Assembly: GCA_052139675.1 (NCBI GenBank)
Contig: JBKQWE010000085.1
Coordinates: 1 to 64,000, forward strand
Reading direction: 5' to 3'
DNA from: Candidatus Brocadiia bacterium
GTDB lineage: Bacteria; Planctomycetota; Brocadiia; CAIUPP01
Length of the DNA: 64,000 nt
The notes under the pieces were generated by a model. That model was not told the origin of the DNA. It saw nothing but the letters and a program-made list of their open reading frames with translations, and made no database searches. How positions within the stretch are numbered: the stretch's first letter is position 1; the number at the start of each line of letters is the position of its first letter. Below are positions 27,207 to 36,613 of the stretch, piece after piece. The translations under genes and the position numbers were made by a program.

Positions 27207-28391
27207 ATGAATCAGAATCCAGTCATCCCATCCGACGACACCGCGCAGGGCCTCTACGTCCACATTCCCTTCTGCCGAAGCAAATGCCGATACTGCGATT
27301 TCTGCTCGCGGCCGCCCGCCGACGGCGAGATGGATCGCTTCGTGCGTGCGCTGGAGATGGAAATCCGGCTGCGCGCCTGCGACCGGCCCGCGCGCACGCT
27401 CTACGTCGGCGGCGGCACGCCGTCCTTTCTCGGAATCGCCCGGCTGCGCGCCATCCTGGAGGGACTCCGGCGCGCTTGCCGGCTTCAGACCGATTGCGAA
27501 ATCACCGTGGAGGCCAATCCCTGCGACCTCGCCGGCGACTGGCTGGCGGCCTGCCGCGCGGCGGGCGTCAACCGCCTCAGCGTCGGCGTTCAGGGAATGC
27601 GCGACGAGGACCTGCGGTTCCTCGGACGCGCCCACTCCGTCGCCGACGCCGTCGGGGCGGTGCGGCGCGCGCGAGCCGCCGGGTTCGACAACCTGGGGAT
27701 TGACCTCATCGTCGGACTGCCCGGACATACCGCAGGCCTCACGCGGGAGATCCTGACCGAGGCGGTCGCGGCCTTCGCGCCGGAGCATCTTTCCTGCTAC
27801 CAACTGACCTGCGCGCCCGGCACGCCGCTGCACGATGCCGTCGTCCGCGGAGAGGTCCGCATGCCGGACGCCGACACGGAAGCGGCCATCTTCATGACCA
27901 TGCATGAAACGTGCGAAGGGCTCGGTTACGAGGGCTACGAGGTCAGCAACTTCGCGCGGGCGAAAGCCTTTCGCTCGCGGCACAATAGCGCCTACTGGAC
28001 GCACCGCGACTATCTCGGCTTCGGCCCGTCGGCCCACAGCTTCCGGAACCCGGTGCGCTCCTGGAACATGGCCTCGCTGGCCGAATACTGCGGATCGCTG
28101 GAGCGCGGCGACTTGCCCGAGGCGGGGCGCGAGCAACTGACCGACGCGCAGCGCGCGGCCGAGATCATCCTGCTCGGCCTGCGCACGCGCGACGGCTTCT
28201 CCCTGGACGAACTGCGCAAGACCACCGGCGTGGACCTGCCGGCCGAAAAGGGACAGGTCCTGTCCCGCGCCGAATCGGACGGCCTCCTTCACCGCAACGC
28301 GAGCCGTATCCAGCCGACCCGCAAAGGCCTGGCCGTAGCCGACCAGCTAGCCGTCTCCCTCGCGCCGGAGGCGCTGCCGGACTGCTCGTAG
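27207..28391 (+). CDS. hemW: Radical SAM heme chaperone HemW (HemN-like, oxygen-independent coproporphyrinogen oxidase family)
   Basis: GLYVHIPFCRSKCRYCDF radical-SAM CxxxCxxC motif. The lepA-hemW synteny is widely conserved. Confidence 0.85.
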   Translation: MNQNPVIPSDDTAQGLYVHIPFCRSKCRYCDFCSRPPADGEMDRFVRALEMEIRLRACDRPARTLYVGGGTPSFLGIARLRAILEGLRRACRLQTDCEITVEANPCDLAGDWLAACRAAGVNRLSVGVQGMRDEDLRFLGRAHSVADAVGAVRRARAAGFDNLGIDLIVGLPGHTAGLTREILTEAVAAFAPEHLSCYQLTCAPGTPLHDAVVRGEVRMPDADTEAAIFMTMHETCEGLGYEGYEVSNFARAKAFRSRHNSAYWTHRDYLGFGPSAHSFRNPVRSWNMASLAEYCGSLERGDLPEAGREQLTDAQRAAEIILLGLRTRDGFSLDELRKTTGVDLPAEKGQVLSRAESDGLLHRNASRIQPTRKGLAVADQLAVSLAPEALPDCS

Positions 28392-28456
28392 TGTGCCCGT
28401 CAGGGCACACGAAGTAGCGCCTGACGGCGCCACTACAAGCGACCAGGCGACGCGCG

Positions 28457-30091
28457 CTACTTCTCTACGCGGTAGATATGCACCGCGAGTCTGCCGAAGT
28501 CGTCGCTCAACTTGCCTTGCTCGGCGACGAGGGTCCGATCCTCGTCCACGACCTCGATCTTTGTGCCGGGCTTCAGGGTGTCCAGCAGAATCGTCCCTTT
28601 GCCTGACTTGCCGTGGGCGTCTATGTTCTGCGCGAAGATCACTAATCCGCTCTCGGCCTGCTTCGCCAGGCACTGGGCGGGCAGGCCGCCTTCGATCTCG
28701 ATCTTGGGCTGGACCTCCGCGTCCGGCGCGCAGAGGACGGGCGTCAGGCGCGTGATCTGCTCGTTGATCTCCTTCATCGCCTTCTGGTTCTCCTCGGACG
28801 GGCCGAACTCTGCGAAGGTCGGCTTGAACCGGTGCGTGAAGTAGCCGATGGCCGTCGCGCCCTTGATGATCGCCTGCCAGACCTCGTTGCGGATCTCCAC
28901 GCCGGTGACGGGCGCGGCGTTCTCATGGCTGCCCGTCAGGCATTCGATCCACTGATAGACCGGCTTGTCCTTGCCGGCGTACGCGCGCAGGTCGTCCATG
29001 CCCTGCGAGACGCGCCCGATCTTCACCGGCTGGTTCCAGCCGTAGATGGGGTAATCGTCGAAGCCGACCACGTCCGCCGCCTTGAGCATCTCCGGGTAGA
29101 GCTTGTCCTGCTGCGCGCGGTTCCACCAGTGGTCGAGGGCCGTGTCGTGGATGAAGAAGTCGCTGACGGTCATGACCATCGGCCGCGACGGGTCGAAGAG
29201 CTTCAGGGCCTTGTACTTGGTCATCAGGGCCTCGGCGCTCTCGCGCGACTCTTTGCGCGGCTCGGAGAGCAGGAGGTTCCGGCCTTCCTTATCGAAGGCC
29301 TGGACCTCGGCGATGGCGCCCCACACGTTCGCTTCCGGATAGGCCGAGAGCACTTTGACGGTGATCTCCTGGAAGGTGACGGGTTCCGGCAGGTCGAACT
29401 TCTGGAGCTGCGGCTTCTTCTCGAGCGTGACCTTGAGGATTTCCCTGCCGCCGGCCTCGAAGGCGACCTCCTTCGCGACGGCCTCCTTGGGGTTCGTGGT
29501 GCTTTGCACGGCGACGGCCACCGCGGTGACGGGGGCCTTGAGCTTGATGGTGAAGCTGGCGCCGGCCATGGGATCGAGTACGGCCGAGGTATCGGGCTTG
29601 CCGTCCACCATCAGGTAGAGCGGCCGCGACTTGTTCACAACGACGCCCTTGCCGGGAATGACTTGAGCATTGCTGCGGGTGGCCGGCATGTCCGGCTCGT
29701 CGTTCTGCATCCACGCGAGGAGAGCCGGCGAAGATTTGAGTTTCTTCATCTCGTCGGGGTACGCGGGGTCGAAGGCAGGAAGGAAATAGAGGCCCGCCTG
29801 GAACGCCTGCTCGGCGTACTGGTCAGCGGTCTTGCCCTTCGCCTCGGCGGGGTCCGCCGGCCGCCAGTAACCGGCGATGCAGTTGATCCCGACGGCCTTC
29901 AGCTTGGGCAGATTCGGGGCATCCTGAAGCCAGCCCATGATCGGGAAGAAGGGCTTGCCGTTCACGAGAAACTCGCGGTTCGCGCCGACGGCGACCGTTC
30001 GGATGGGCGCGATCGCCTCCTGCGCCAAAGCGGCCGCGCAGGTCCCCAGGATCAGCGCCGCCGCCAGCGACAAAGTCACCAGGTGCCTCAT
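28457..30091 (-). CDS. Secreted putative glycoside hydrolase (clan GH-A-like)
   Basis: Signal peptide MRHLVTLSLAAALILGTCAAALA. A WMQNDEPD NEP-type motif is typical of GH-A acid/base regions. Confidence 0.45.
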   Translation of the reverse strand: MRHLVTLSLAAALILGTCAAALAQEAIAPIRTVAVGANREFLVNGKPFFPIMGWLQDAPNLPKLKAVGINCIAGYWRPADPAEAKGKTADQYAEQAFQAGLYFLPAFDPAYPDEMKKLKSSPALLAWMQNDEPDMPATRSNAQVIPGKGVVVNKSRPLYLMVDGKPDTSAVLDPMAGASFTIKLKAPVTAVAVAVQSTTNPKEAVAKEVAFEAGGREILKVTLEKKPQLQKFDLPEPVTFQEITVKVLSAYPEANVWGAIAEVQAFDKEGRNLLLSEPRKESRESAEALMTKYKALKLFDPSRPMVMTVSDFFIHDTALDHWWNRAQQDKLYPEMLKAADVVGFDDYPIYGWNQPVKIGRVSQGMDDLRAYAGKDKPVYQWIECLTGSHENAAPVTGVEIRNEVWQAIIKGATAIGYFTHRFKPTFAEFGPSEENQKAMKEINEQITRLTPVLCAPDAEVQPKIEIEGGLPAQCLAKQAESGLVIFAQNIDAHGKSGKGTILLDTLKPGTKIEVVDEDRTLVAEQGKLSDDFGRLAVHIYRVEK

Positions 30092-30135
30092 GGATCGTTC
30101 TCCTTTTCTATAGATCGAGGTGATTCCGCCTTCCG

Positions 30136-31473
30136 TCAGCTTGCCCAATACGGCCCCAGAACTCCCTGCTCCTCTTCTTCCTTCCACATCGCGTCAAAGA
30201 GCGCGCCGGCGGTCGCGAGCGAACGCGTGAAAGGGTGGACGCACAGCGCCTCGAAGAGCATCCGGCGGTCCTTCTGGAGGACGCCCGCCACGACCATCTT
30301 CTGCACCTCGGCCAGGTGGCTTTGCTGGACGAAGACCGGCGGCGTGAACGCCGGGACGGGCAGCGGCTCGAAGCCCTTTTTGGTGACCTTGCAGTAGATC
30401 TCCAGCACCGTATCCGGGCTGAAGCCCGGCACCGCGCCGCCGTGCGGGATGTTCACGGGAAACAGCTCGCCGCTGCCGGTGGCCAGCGCCTCCGCGACGC
30501 CGATGGCCAGGTCGGCATGTCCGCCGAAGTGCGTCCGCGCGATCTGGCCGGCCTCCTGCTCGTTCCAGCGGGTCAGGATGGCTTTCAACTGGGCCCACTT
30601 CTTGACGTCGCCTTCCTTTCGCCGTGCAGGGCCTTCTTCCGGGTGCTGCCGCTGCTCCTCGACCGCCTCGTTGTAATAGAAGTACGGCTCGGTATGGCCG
30701 GCCGGCGCGGGATACTGGCCCATCGTCCGGAAGATCTGCAGCCATCGCTTGACGCGCGCCTGGCCTTCGGGCTTGAGCGAGGCGAGGTTGGCCTCGACCG
30801 CCTTGGAATCCAGCCGGCGCAGCTCCTCCAGCAGATCGCGCCCGTCGGATTTCGCCTCGTAAACCCACGAGCAGTGATTGATGCCGGCGTGCCGCGTGGC
30901 GATCCGCTCGAAGTCCACGCCGACCGTGACGCCGATGTCGCGCGGCGGGCAGATGAACCCGTCGCACAGGGCAACCCATCGCCTGTGGCCGTCGCGTTGA
31001 AGGGCATCGCCGATGAAGTTGGTGGGATTGGCATAGTTGAGCAGCCAGGCCTGCGGGCAGAGGCGCTTCATTCTGCGCGCCACGTCGAGCACCACCGGTA
31101 TGGTTCGCATGGCCATGAACATTCCCCCGGGGCCGACGGTCTCGTTGCCGAAGTAGCCGAAGCGCGGCGGGATGATCTCGTCGAGCGTCAGGCTCTTGAT
31201 GCCGCCGACGCGGAATGTCGCGATGACGAAATCGGCGCCCTCGAGCGCGCGGTCGAGGTCGGGCGCGGCGATGAAGGTCATGGCCGCGTCGCGCGAGCGG
31301 ACGAAGCGCTCGCAGAACGCCTTCACCGTCGCCACCCGGTCGGCGTCGAGGTCGTGCAGCCGGACCTCCGCGCCGGCGAAGACCTTGCCCTTCTTGCACA
31401 TGGTCCCGACGAAGCTCGGCGTGAAGTAGCTGCCGCCGCCCAGCACGGTCAGTATTAACGGTTTCTTTGCCAT
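30136..31473 (-). CDS. Glycoside hydrolase family 4 (NAD/Mn-dependent glycosidase)
   Basis: N-terminal Rossmann LILTVLGGGSYFTP and GH4-type NYANPTN and CDGF motifs. Confidence 0.75.
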   Translation of the reverse strand: MAKKPLILTVLGGGSYFTPSFVGTMCKKGKVFAGAEVRLHDLDADRVATVKAFCERFVRSRDAAMTFIAAPDLDRALEGADFVIATFRVGGIKSLTLDEIIPPRFGYFGNETVGPGGMFMAMRTIPVVLDVARRMKRLCPQAWLLNYANPTNFIGDALQRDGHRRWVALCDGFICPPRDIGVTVGVDFERIATRHAGINHCSWVYEAKSDGRDLLEELRRLDSKAVEANLASLKPEGQARVKRWLQIFRTMGQYPAPAGHTEPYFYYNEAVEEQRQHPEEGPARRKEGDVKKWAQLKAILTRWNEQEAGQIARTHFGGHADLAIGVAEALATGSGELFPVNIPHGGAVPGFSPDTVLEIYCKVTKKGFEPLPVPAFTPPVFVQQSHLAEVQKMVVAGVLQKDRRMLFEALCVHPFTRSLATAGALFDAMWKEEEEQGVLGPYWAS

Positions 31474-31588
31474 GGACTTATTCTCTCCCAAAGAGTCAAG
31501 ACGGTGAGTCGCCCGCCGTCACATTGTGACGGCGGAGGTCGGCCGCGTCAAGCGGGTCGACACTGTCCTGTCGGTCGCGCGCATCAAT

Positions 31589-31674
31589 ATCGTCCTCGTC
31601 CTCGTCCGCGTCCTCGAACAGCAGTTCTGAGCGGACGACCGAGGACGAGGACGACGACGAGGACGAGGACGATT
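31589..31674. repeat. Hexanucleotide-stem hairpin element, CGTCCT subfamily, copy E
   Basis: Left arm atcgtcctcgtcctcgtccgcgtcctcgaa, loop cagcagttctgagcggacgac, right arm cgaggacgaggacgacgacgaggacgaggacgatt. Sits in the divergent promoter region between GH4 and the Gly-rich protein gene. Confidence 0.8.
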
Positions 31675-31808
31675 CAGGATGCCAGGCGAGGCGATCGAGT
31701 GTGCGCAGCGGGGCCGAAGAATTCATTGACACGGGGAGAAAATGGGCTATAATTATTACGGGGAGTGTCGAAAATGAAGCAAAAGCGGTGACATGGGAGG
31801 GTCAAGCC

Positions 31809-32765
31809 ATGATTTATAAACTGATAGGGCCGCTGGTGATAGCGCTGTCCCTCCTCCCGATGACAGTGGCTGGAAGCACAGCCCCACCGGCGGGTCAACC
31901 GATCGCGCAAGGTTTCAAGATTCTGCTGACGGATGGAAGCATTCTGCGGGGCGCGGTTTCTTTCACCATGGATATTGACAGCCAGTACGGCCGACTGACC
32001 ATTCCATCCGCGAACTTCCTCGCGGCCCATTTTAATCTCGCTGACGAATGGGCGGACATCTATACGAAGAGCATCGAGCTGCGGGTGAAATATAAAGCCT
32101 CGACCAGCGACCTGAAAGCCACGACAGACGCAGGGCCGATCAGCGTGGACCTTTCGAAGGTGGTCAGCATCGAGACGCTCTACGCCGAGGCTCCGAACGC
32201 GGCTCCTCCGGTGGTAGCAGCGAACCCGGGCTACCAGGAAGCGCCGCCTGCGGCGCCTGCCGACGTCTATGCTGATCAGACGCCGTATGACTACGCTGAC
32301 GTGGCCCCGTACATTAATGTCAATCCGGCCTACGTGTCGCCGGGACCCTATGGCGGCTATGGATACGATTACGGTGGTTTGTACGGCTATCCACTGGGCT
32401 ATTCTTACGCCTGGTGTCCGGGGTACGGGTTTATAGCCTGCGGGAACTTCAACGGAGGCTTTTTCGGGCGCGGATTCGGCAACCAGTTCGGCAACCGATT
32501 CGGTGGCGGATTCGGCCGCGGGTTCCATAATGGCGCAGGCGGATTCGGCGGCGGATTTCACAATGCGGCGGCGGGACGAGGTTTCTCATCGTTCTCCTTC
32601 CGCGGCGGGGCAAGTCCGGCAATCCGCAGCGGCGGCGGAGTGTTCCGCAGCGCGGCCTCTTCGGGCTTCCGAAGTGGAGGAACGAGCGGGTTTCACGGCG
32701 TATCGCATGCGTCTTTCGGCGGCGGCGGAGCGCGAGGCGGGGCTGCCGGAGGACGCGGCCGCTGA
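31809..32765 (+). CDS. Secreted protein with Gly/Tyr/Phe/Arg-rich low-complexity C-terminus (RGG/FG-like repeats)
   Basis: Signal peptide MIYKLIGPLVIALSLLPMTVAG, a roughly 120-aa ordered domain, a Pro/Ala linker, then PYGGYGYDYGGLYGYPLGYSY... GGFGRGFHNGAGGFGGGFHN... RGG/FG repeats. Followed by a clean intrinsic terminator. Confidence 0.55.
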   Translation: MIYKLIGPLVIALSLLPMTVAGSTAPPAGQPIAQGFKILLTDGSILRGAVSFTMDIDSQYGRLTIPSANFLAAHFNLADEWADIYTKSIELRVKYKASTSDLKATTDAGPISVDLSKVVSIETLYAEAPNAAPPVVAANPGYQEAPPAAPADVYADQTPYDYADVAPYINVNPAYVSPGPYGGYGYDYGGLYGYPLGYSYAWCPGYGFIACGNFNGGFFGRGFGNQFGNRFGGGFGRGFHNGAGGFGGGFHNAAAGRGFSSFSFRGGASPAIRSGGGVFRSAASSGFRSGGTSGFHGVSHASFGGGGARGGAAGGRGR

Positions 32766-32791
32766 GCCGACCGAAAGCAGATTCTTCGCAT

Positions 32792-32822
32792 AAAGGCAGG
32801 GATAAGTGATCCCTGCCTTTTT
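32792..32822 (+). terminator. Rho-independent terminator
   Basis: aaaggcagggat-aagtg-atccctgcct followed by ttttttt, immediately 3' of the Gly-rich protein gene. Confidence 0.75.
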
Positions 32823-33198
32823 TTATCGTTTCTCTTTCTTGTTGATGTGCCTGGACATGCACCAGCCGATGACAAAGCCGGCGGCGGCGGCGCACAAACA
32901 TATGAATGCGCTGAACAGCACCTTCTCTGTGCTGAACATCTCGCTCTCCTCTCTGCATGAGCCGGCCGCAAGGATACCATTTCCAGCGGCGCGGCGGAAG
33001 CGGGAGCCTTCCAAAATTGGAACAGTCGGAACACGGAGAGCCGAGAAACTGCTTGACAGCGGCAATTCGACGGTATAACCTGATGGCTGCATGGGCAAAA
33101 AGGGGAATGCCGGTTGAAAAGTGCCAAGCCGCGAAACATCGCGTGAGAGGAGCGCGCGGGGAAAAGGGCTCCTTTGCTTTTCATTAGGAGGCGCCGGT

Positions 33199-33684
33199 AT
33201 GTGGTACTTGCGGGCGTTAGCCGTCGTGGCAGTTGCGGTGCCGCTGGCCGTCGGCACGGGATGCAACACAGTGCCGAAGGAGAAGTACGACCAGGACGTC
33301 ATGGCCGCGCAGAAGAAGACCGATGCGGCGCAGAAGAAGACCGACGCGGCGCTGAAGCAACTCGACCAGGTCCGCAAGGACCTCAAGGCGGCGCAGGACC
33401 AACTGGCGGCGAGCCGTCGTTCCCTCAGTGACTTGAAGGCGGCGCAGAGCCAGGCCGCCGACCAGAAGACCCGCGCGGACCAGTTGCAGAGCCAGCTTGC
33501 GGAGGCCCAGACGGCGCTGGATCAAGCCCGCAAGGACTTAGGCGCCGAGACGCAGAAGACGGGCAAGCTCCAGCAGGAAGTGGATTCGCAGAAGACCATG
33601 GAAGCCGAGCTGGCGGCCGCGAAGAAGGCCCTGGCGGATATCGCGAAGAAGCTCGGATCGGCGGCGCCGGCGGTGAACCAGTAG
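33199..33684 (+). CDS. Coiled-coil lipoprotein
   Basis: Lipobox LAVGTGC, then heptad-rich Ala/Gln/Lys coiled coil with repeated QKKTDAA. AGGAGG RBS. Confidence 0.55.
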   Translation: MWYLRALAVVAVAVPLAVGTGCNTVPKEKYDQDVMAAQKKTDAAQKKTDAALKQLDQVRKDLKAAQDQLAASRRSLSDLKAAQSQAADQKTRADQLQSQLAEAQTALDQARKDLGAETQKTGKLQQEVDSQKTMEAELAAAKKALADIAKKLGSAAPAVNQ

Positions 33685-33731
33685 GCCCGAATCGGGCAAA
33701 ACATGTGGGCTTCTTCTTGGGAGGTCAAACT

Positions 33732-34070
33732 ATGAGGTGCTTGCAGGTCGTGGTCGCTGCGGTCTTTGCGGCGGCCTTGATGATGACGGCGGGCTGCGGG
33801 CCGGAGCCGACCGCCGGGACAACCGGCGGCGATGGGGCCAAGGTCGCCGAGATGCAGAAGCAACTGGACCAGGCGAAAATGGATCTCAAGGCGGCCCAGG
33901 ACGATCTGGCGACGAAGAACAACGAATTGGCGGCGAAGACCACCGAGAATCAAAACTTGCAAAAACAACTGGACGCCGCGAACGCCAAGATTGCGGAGAT
34001 CACCAAGACGGTCCAGGAGGCGATGAAGCTTGCCGCGCCGCCGGCGGCTCCGGCGCCTGCGCCCCAGTGA
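33732..34070 (+). CDS. Coiled-coil lipoprotein (paralogue of the previous gene)
   Basis: Lipobox MMTAGC and a similar coiled-coil body (QKQLDQAKMDLKAAQDDLA...). Confidence 0.55.
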   Translation: MRCLQVVVAAVFAAALMMTAGCGPEPTAGTTGGDGAKVAEMQKQLDQAKMDLKAAQDDLATKNNELAAKTTENQNLQKQLDAANAKIAEITKTVQEAMKLAAPPAAPAPAPQ

Positions 34071-34214
34071 GCGATGATTCATTCGAGCAGGTAAGTACAG
34101 CCAATCACCCGGGATAATGGACCGGCCACGCAGGCGCATCGCCGGCGCGGCCGGTTTTTTTCACCGGAGCGGGCATGGCGCAGTCGAGGGCGTTTTTCTG
34201 TTGAGGCAACTGCA

Positions 34215-35528
34215 ATGCAAAAGCAATGGCGAATGATCGCGTGCCTGGCCGCGATGGCGAGCCTTTACTGGCTCGGCGGGCGCGACGCGGCGCAGGCGCA
34301 GGCCGAGCCGTGGAAGTCTGATATCAATGCGGACATTCCCTACGTCGGGCGCGACGCGGCGCAGGCGCAGGTCGAGGCGCCGCAGTACCCGCAGTACGTC
34401 CAATATCCGCAAGGCGCTCCGCCGGTCACGCCGGGCGTGCCCGCGGCGGCCGTCACGCTCAGCGCCGACCAGCTCGCGCAATTGCTCGGGCCCATCGCGC
34501 TCTATCCCGACCCGCTCCTGTCCCTGATTCTCCCGGCCGCCACCTATCCGCAGGACGTGGCTGCGGCGGAACAATGGCTCCAGTCCACGCCCAATCCCAC
34601 CGAGGCGGACATCGCCGCGCAGAGTTGGGATGCCTCCATCAAGGGCCTGGTCCATTACCCCAGCGTCCTCGCGATGATGAGCGGCCAGATGAACTGGACC
34701 GGGGCTCTGGGCGCGGCGTTCTTGAACCAGCAGCAGGACGTGCTCGCCTGCATCCAGCAGTTGCGCGCCCAGGCGCAGGCCGCGCAGAATCTCCAGACCA
34801 ATCCGCAGGAGCAGGTGGTCGCCGACAACGGCGCCATCCGCATCGAGCCGGTTGATCCGGAGGTGATCTACGTGCCGCAGTACGACCCGGACGCGGTCTA
34901 TGCCGGCGCGTGCCCGGTCACCTACGGCGAGGGCTACCCCATCGGCCTCTGGTGCGACGACGATTTCGACTGGGGCGGCCGGTGCATCGTGACCGGCGCC
35001 GGGTGGTATACCGGATGGCATCACCCGGAGGAATGGGACCGGCATCCGCCGGCCTGGAACCGCCGCCCGGCGGGATGGGCTCCCGCGCCCAGGCCCTGGG
35101 CGCGCCAGCCGCTGAGGCCCGCGCCGCGGCTCACGTCCGGGGTCGCCGCCAGGGCCGGCCTCAATCGTGCGCGCGGGGCCACCGCGAGGCCCGCCGCCGG
35201 TGCGGCTCGCGCACCACAGATCGGAAACCAGCGTTCGCCCGCAGCCACGAAAAACGTCTTTGCGGCCACACATACCCGCAGTACGGTCCAGCGTGCCGTG
35301 CAGCGCGCCGGCTCGACGACCAAGCGGGCCGCGACAACGCCCGCGCCTCGTCGCAGCGCGCCGGCTCCTCGACCCGCCGCCCGCGCGCCGGCCCCACGAG
35401 CGGCGCCGGCACGGGCCGCCCCGCGACCCGCTCCTCAGCCGGCTCGCAGCAGCGCCTTCAGCGGCGGCTCGGGCGGCGCGGCTCGCGCCCAGAGCGCCCG
35501 CGGCAATGCCTCAGCCTCGCACCGATGA
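34215..35528 (+). CDS. DUF3300 family secreted protein
   Basis: Signal peptide, a LGPIALYPDPLLSLILPAATYPQDV DUF3300-type motif, and a Pro/Ala/Arg-rich C-terminal tail. Confidence 0.65.
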   Translation: MQKQWRMIACLAAMASLYWLGGRDAAQAQAEPWKSDINADIPYVGRDAAQAQVEAPQYPQYVQYPQGAPPVTPGVPAAAVTLSADQLAQLLGPIALYPDPLLSLILPAATYPQDVAAAEQWLQSTPNPTEADIAAQSWDASIKGLVHYPSVLAMMSGQMNWTGALGAAFLNQQQDVLACIQQLRAQAQAAQNLQTNPQEQVVADNGAIRIEPVDPEVIYVPQYDPDAVYAGACPVTYGEGYPIGLWCDDDFDWGGRCIVTGAGWYTGWHHPEEWDRHPPAWNRRPAGWAPAPRPWARQPLRPAPRLTSGVAARAGLNRARGATARPAAGAARAPQIGNQRSPAATKNVFAATHTRSTVQRAVQRAGSTTKRAATTPAPRRSAPAPRPAARAPAPRAAPARAAPRPAPQPARSSAFSGGSGGAARAQSARGNASASHR

Positions 35529-35599
35529 AGACGGCGCAGCGTTGGAGATCTGAAACGTCCGCCCGGATATCGCCGGCGGCTCAATTAAGGAGAGTCAGG

Positions 35600-36613
35600 A
35601 TGCATCCTCGAACCTGTGGAGTCGTAATGGCCGCGCTCGCGTGCGCGGGCGCGTTGACGCTCGCCGTCATCACCGGTTGCGCGACTACGACGGTCGAGGC
35701 CGAGGCCGTCCGCCCCGCCGGCGAGCCGGGCGCGGGCCAGCAGCAATTCGACACGGACGAGCAGGCCGCCGCCGCGCTCGTCGCCGCCGCCAAGGCGCGC
35801 GACCGCGCCGCTCTCGACCGCCTGTTCGGCCCCGCCGCTCCGGAGTTCGTCACCGGCGACAAGGTCGAGGACGAGAAGGCCTTCGACCGCTTCGTCAAGA
35901 ACGCCGGCGAGCATCTCGAGTTGGAGAAGAAGGACGCGGACACCTCCGTCGTTGACATCGGCAAGGACAACTGGCCCTTCCCGATTCCGCTGAAGCGCCT
36001 GCCGGACGGCAAGTGGTTCTTCGACACCGAGGCGGGCAAAAAGGAAATCCTCGCCCGCCGCATCGGCGCGAACGAGTTGGATACCATCGCCGCCTGCCGG
36101 GCCTATCTGGAAGCGCAGCGGGAATACGCCAGCGAGGACCGCGACGACAGCGGCGTGCTCAAGTACGCCCAGCGCTTCATCAGCAGGAACGGCAAGGACG
36201 GGCTTTACTGGGAAGCGGCTCCGGGCGAAGAGGAAAGCCCGTTCGGCGAGTTCATCGCCCAGGCCGATGCGGAAGGTTACACGCTCGGGCAGAAGGACCA
36301 GTCCGGCCCGCAGCCCTACCACGGCTACTTCTACCGCATCCTCAAGTGCCAGGGCCCCGACGCGCCCGGCGGCCAATACGACTACGTCATCAACGGCAAC
36401 ATGATCGCCGGCTTCGCCCTGGTCGCCTGGCCGAGCGAGTACGGCTCCTCCGGCGTGATGACGTTCATCATCAGCCACCAGGGCAAGCTCTATCAGAAGG
36501 ACCTCGGGCCCAAGACCTCGGACATCGCGCGGAATATGAAGGAATACAATCCCGACAGCAGTTGGACGCTGGTGGAGGATGAGGGAGTATCGAACGCGGC
36601 GCCCGAGAAATGA
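35600..36613 (+). CDS. DUF2950 family lipoprotein
   Basis: Lipobox VITGC. Placed immediately downstream of a DUF3300 gene; as far as I recall these two families commonly co-occur. AAGGAGAG RBS. The track ORF from 34910 is rejected upstream of this ATG. Confidence 0.6.
   Translation: MHPRTCGVVMAALACAGALTLAVITGCATTTVEAEAVRPAGEPGAGQQQFDTDEQAAAALVAAAKARDRAALDRLFGPAAPEFVTGDKVEDEKAFDRFVKNAGEHLELEKKDADTSVVDIGKDNWPFPIPLKRLPDGKWFFDTEAGKKEILARRIGANELDTIAACRAYLEAQREYASEDRDDSGVLKYAQRFISRNGKDGLYWEAAPGEEESPFGEFIAQADAEGYTLGQKDQSGPQPYHGYFYRILKCQGPDAPGGQYDYVINGNMIAGFALVAWPSEYGSSGVMTFIISHQGKLYQKDLGPKTSDIARNMKEYNPDSSWTLVEDEGVSNAAPEK

Noticed and set aside
3197-31674. Possibility that the hexamer-repeat elements are a CRISPR array
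   Set aside because: The repeats are inverted, not direct, with single loop sequences rather than repeat-spacer arrays. Copies are dispersed tens of kb apart. No cas genes are present.
34910-35599. N-terminal extension of the DUF2950 ORF (track start 34910)
   Set aside because: The extension overlaps the DUF3300 gene in another frame and is Arg/Pro-rich. The internal ATG at 35600 has a strong AAGGAGAG RBS and begins a lipoprotein signal peptide.
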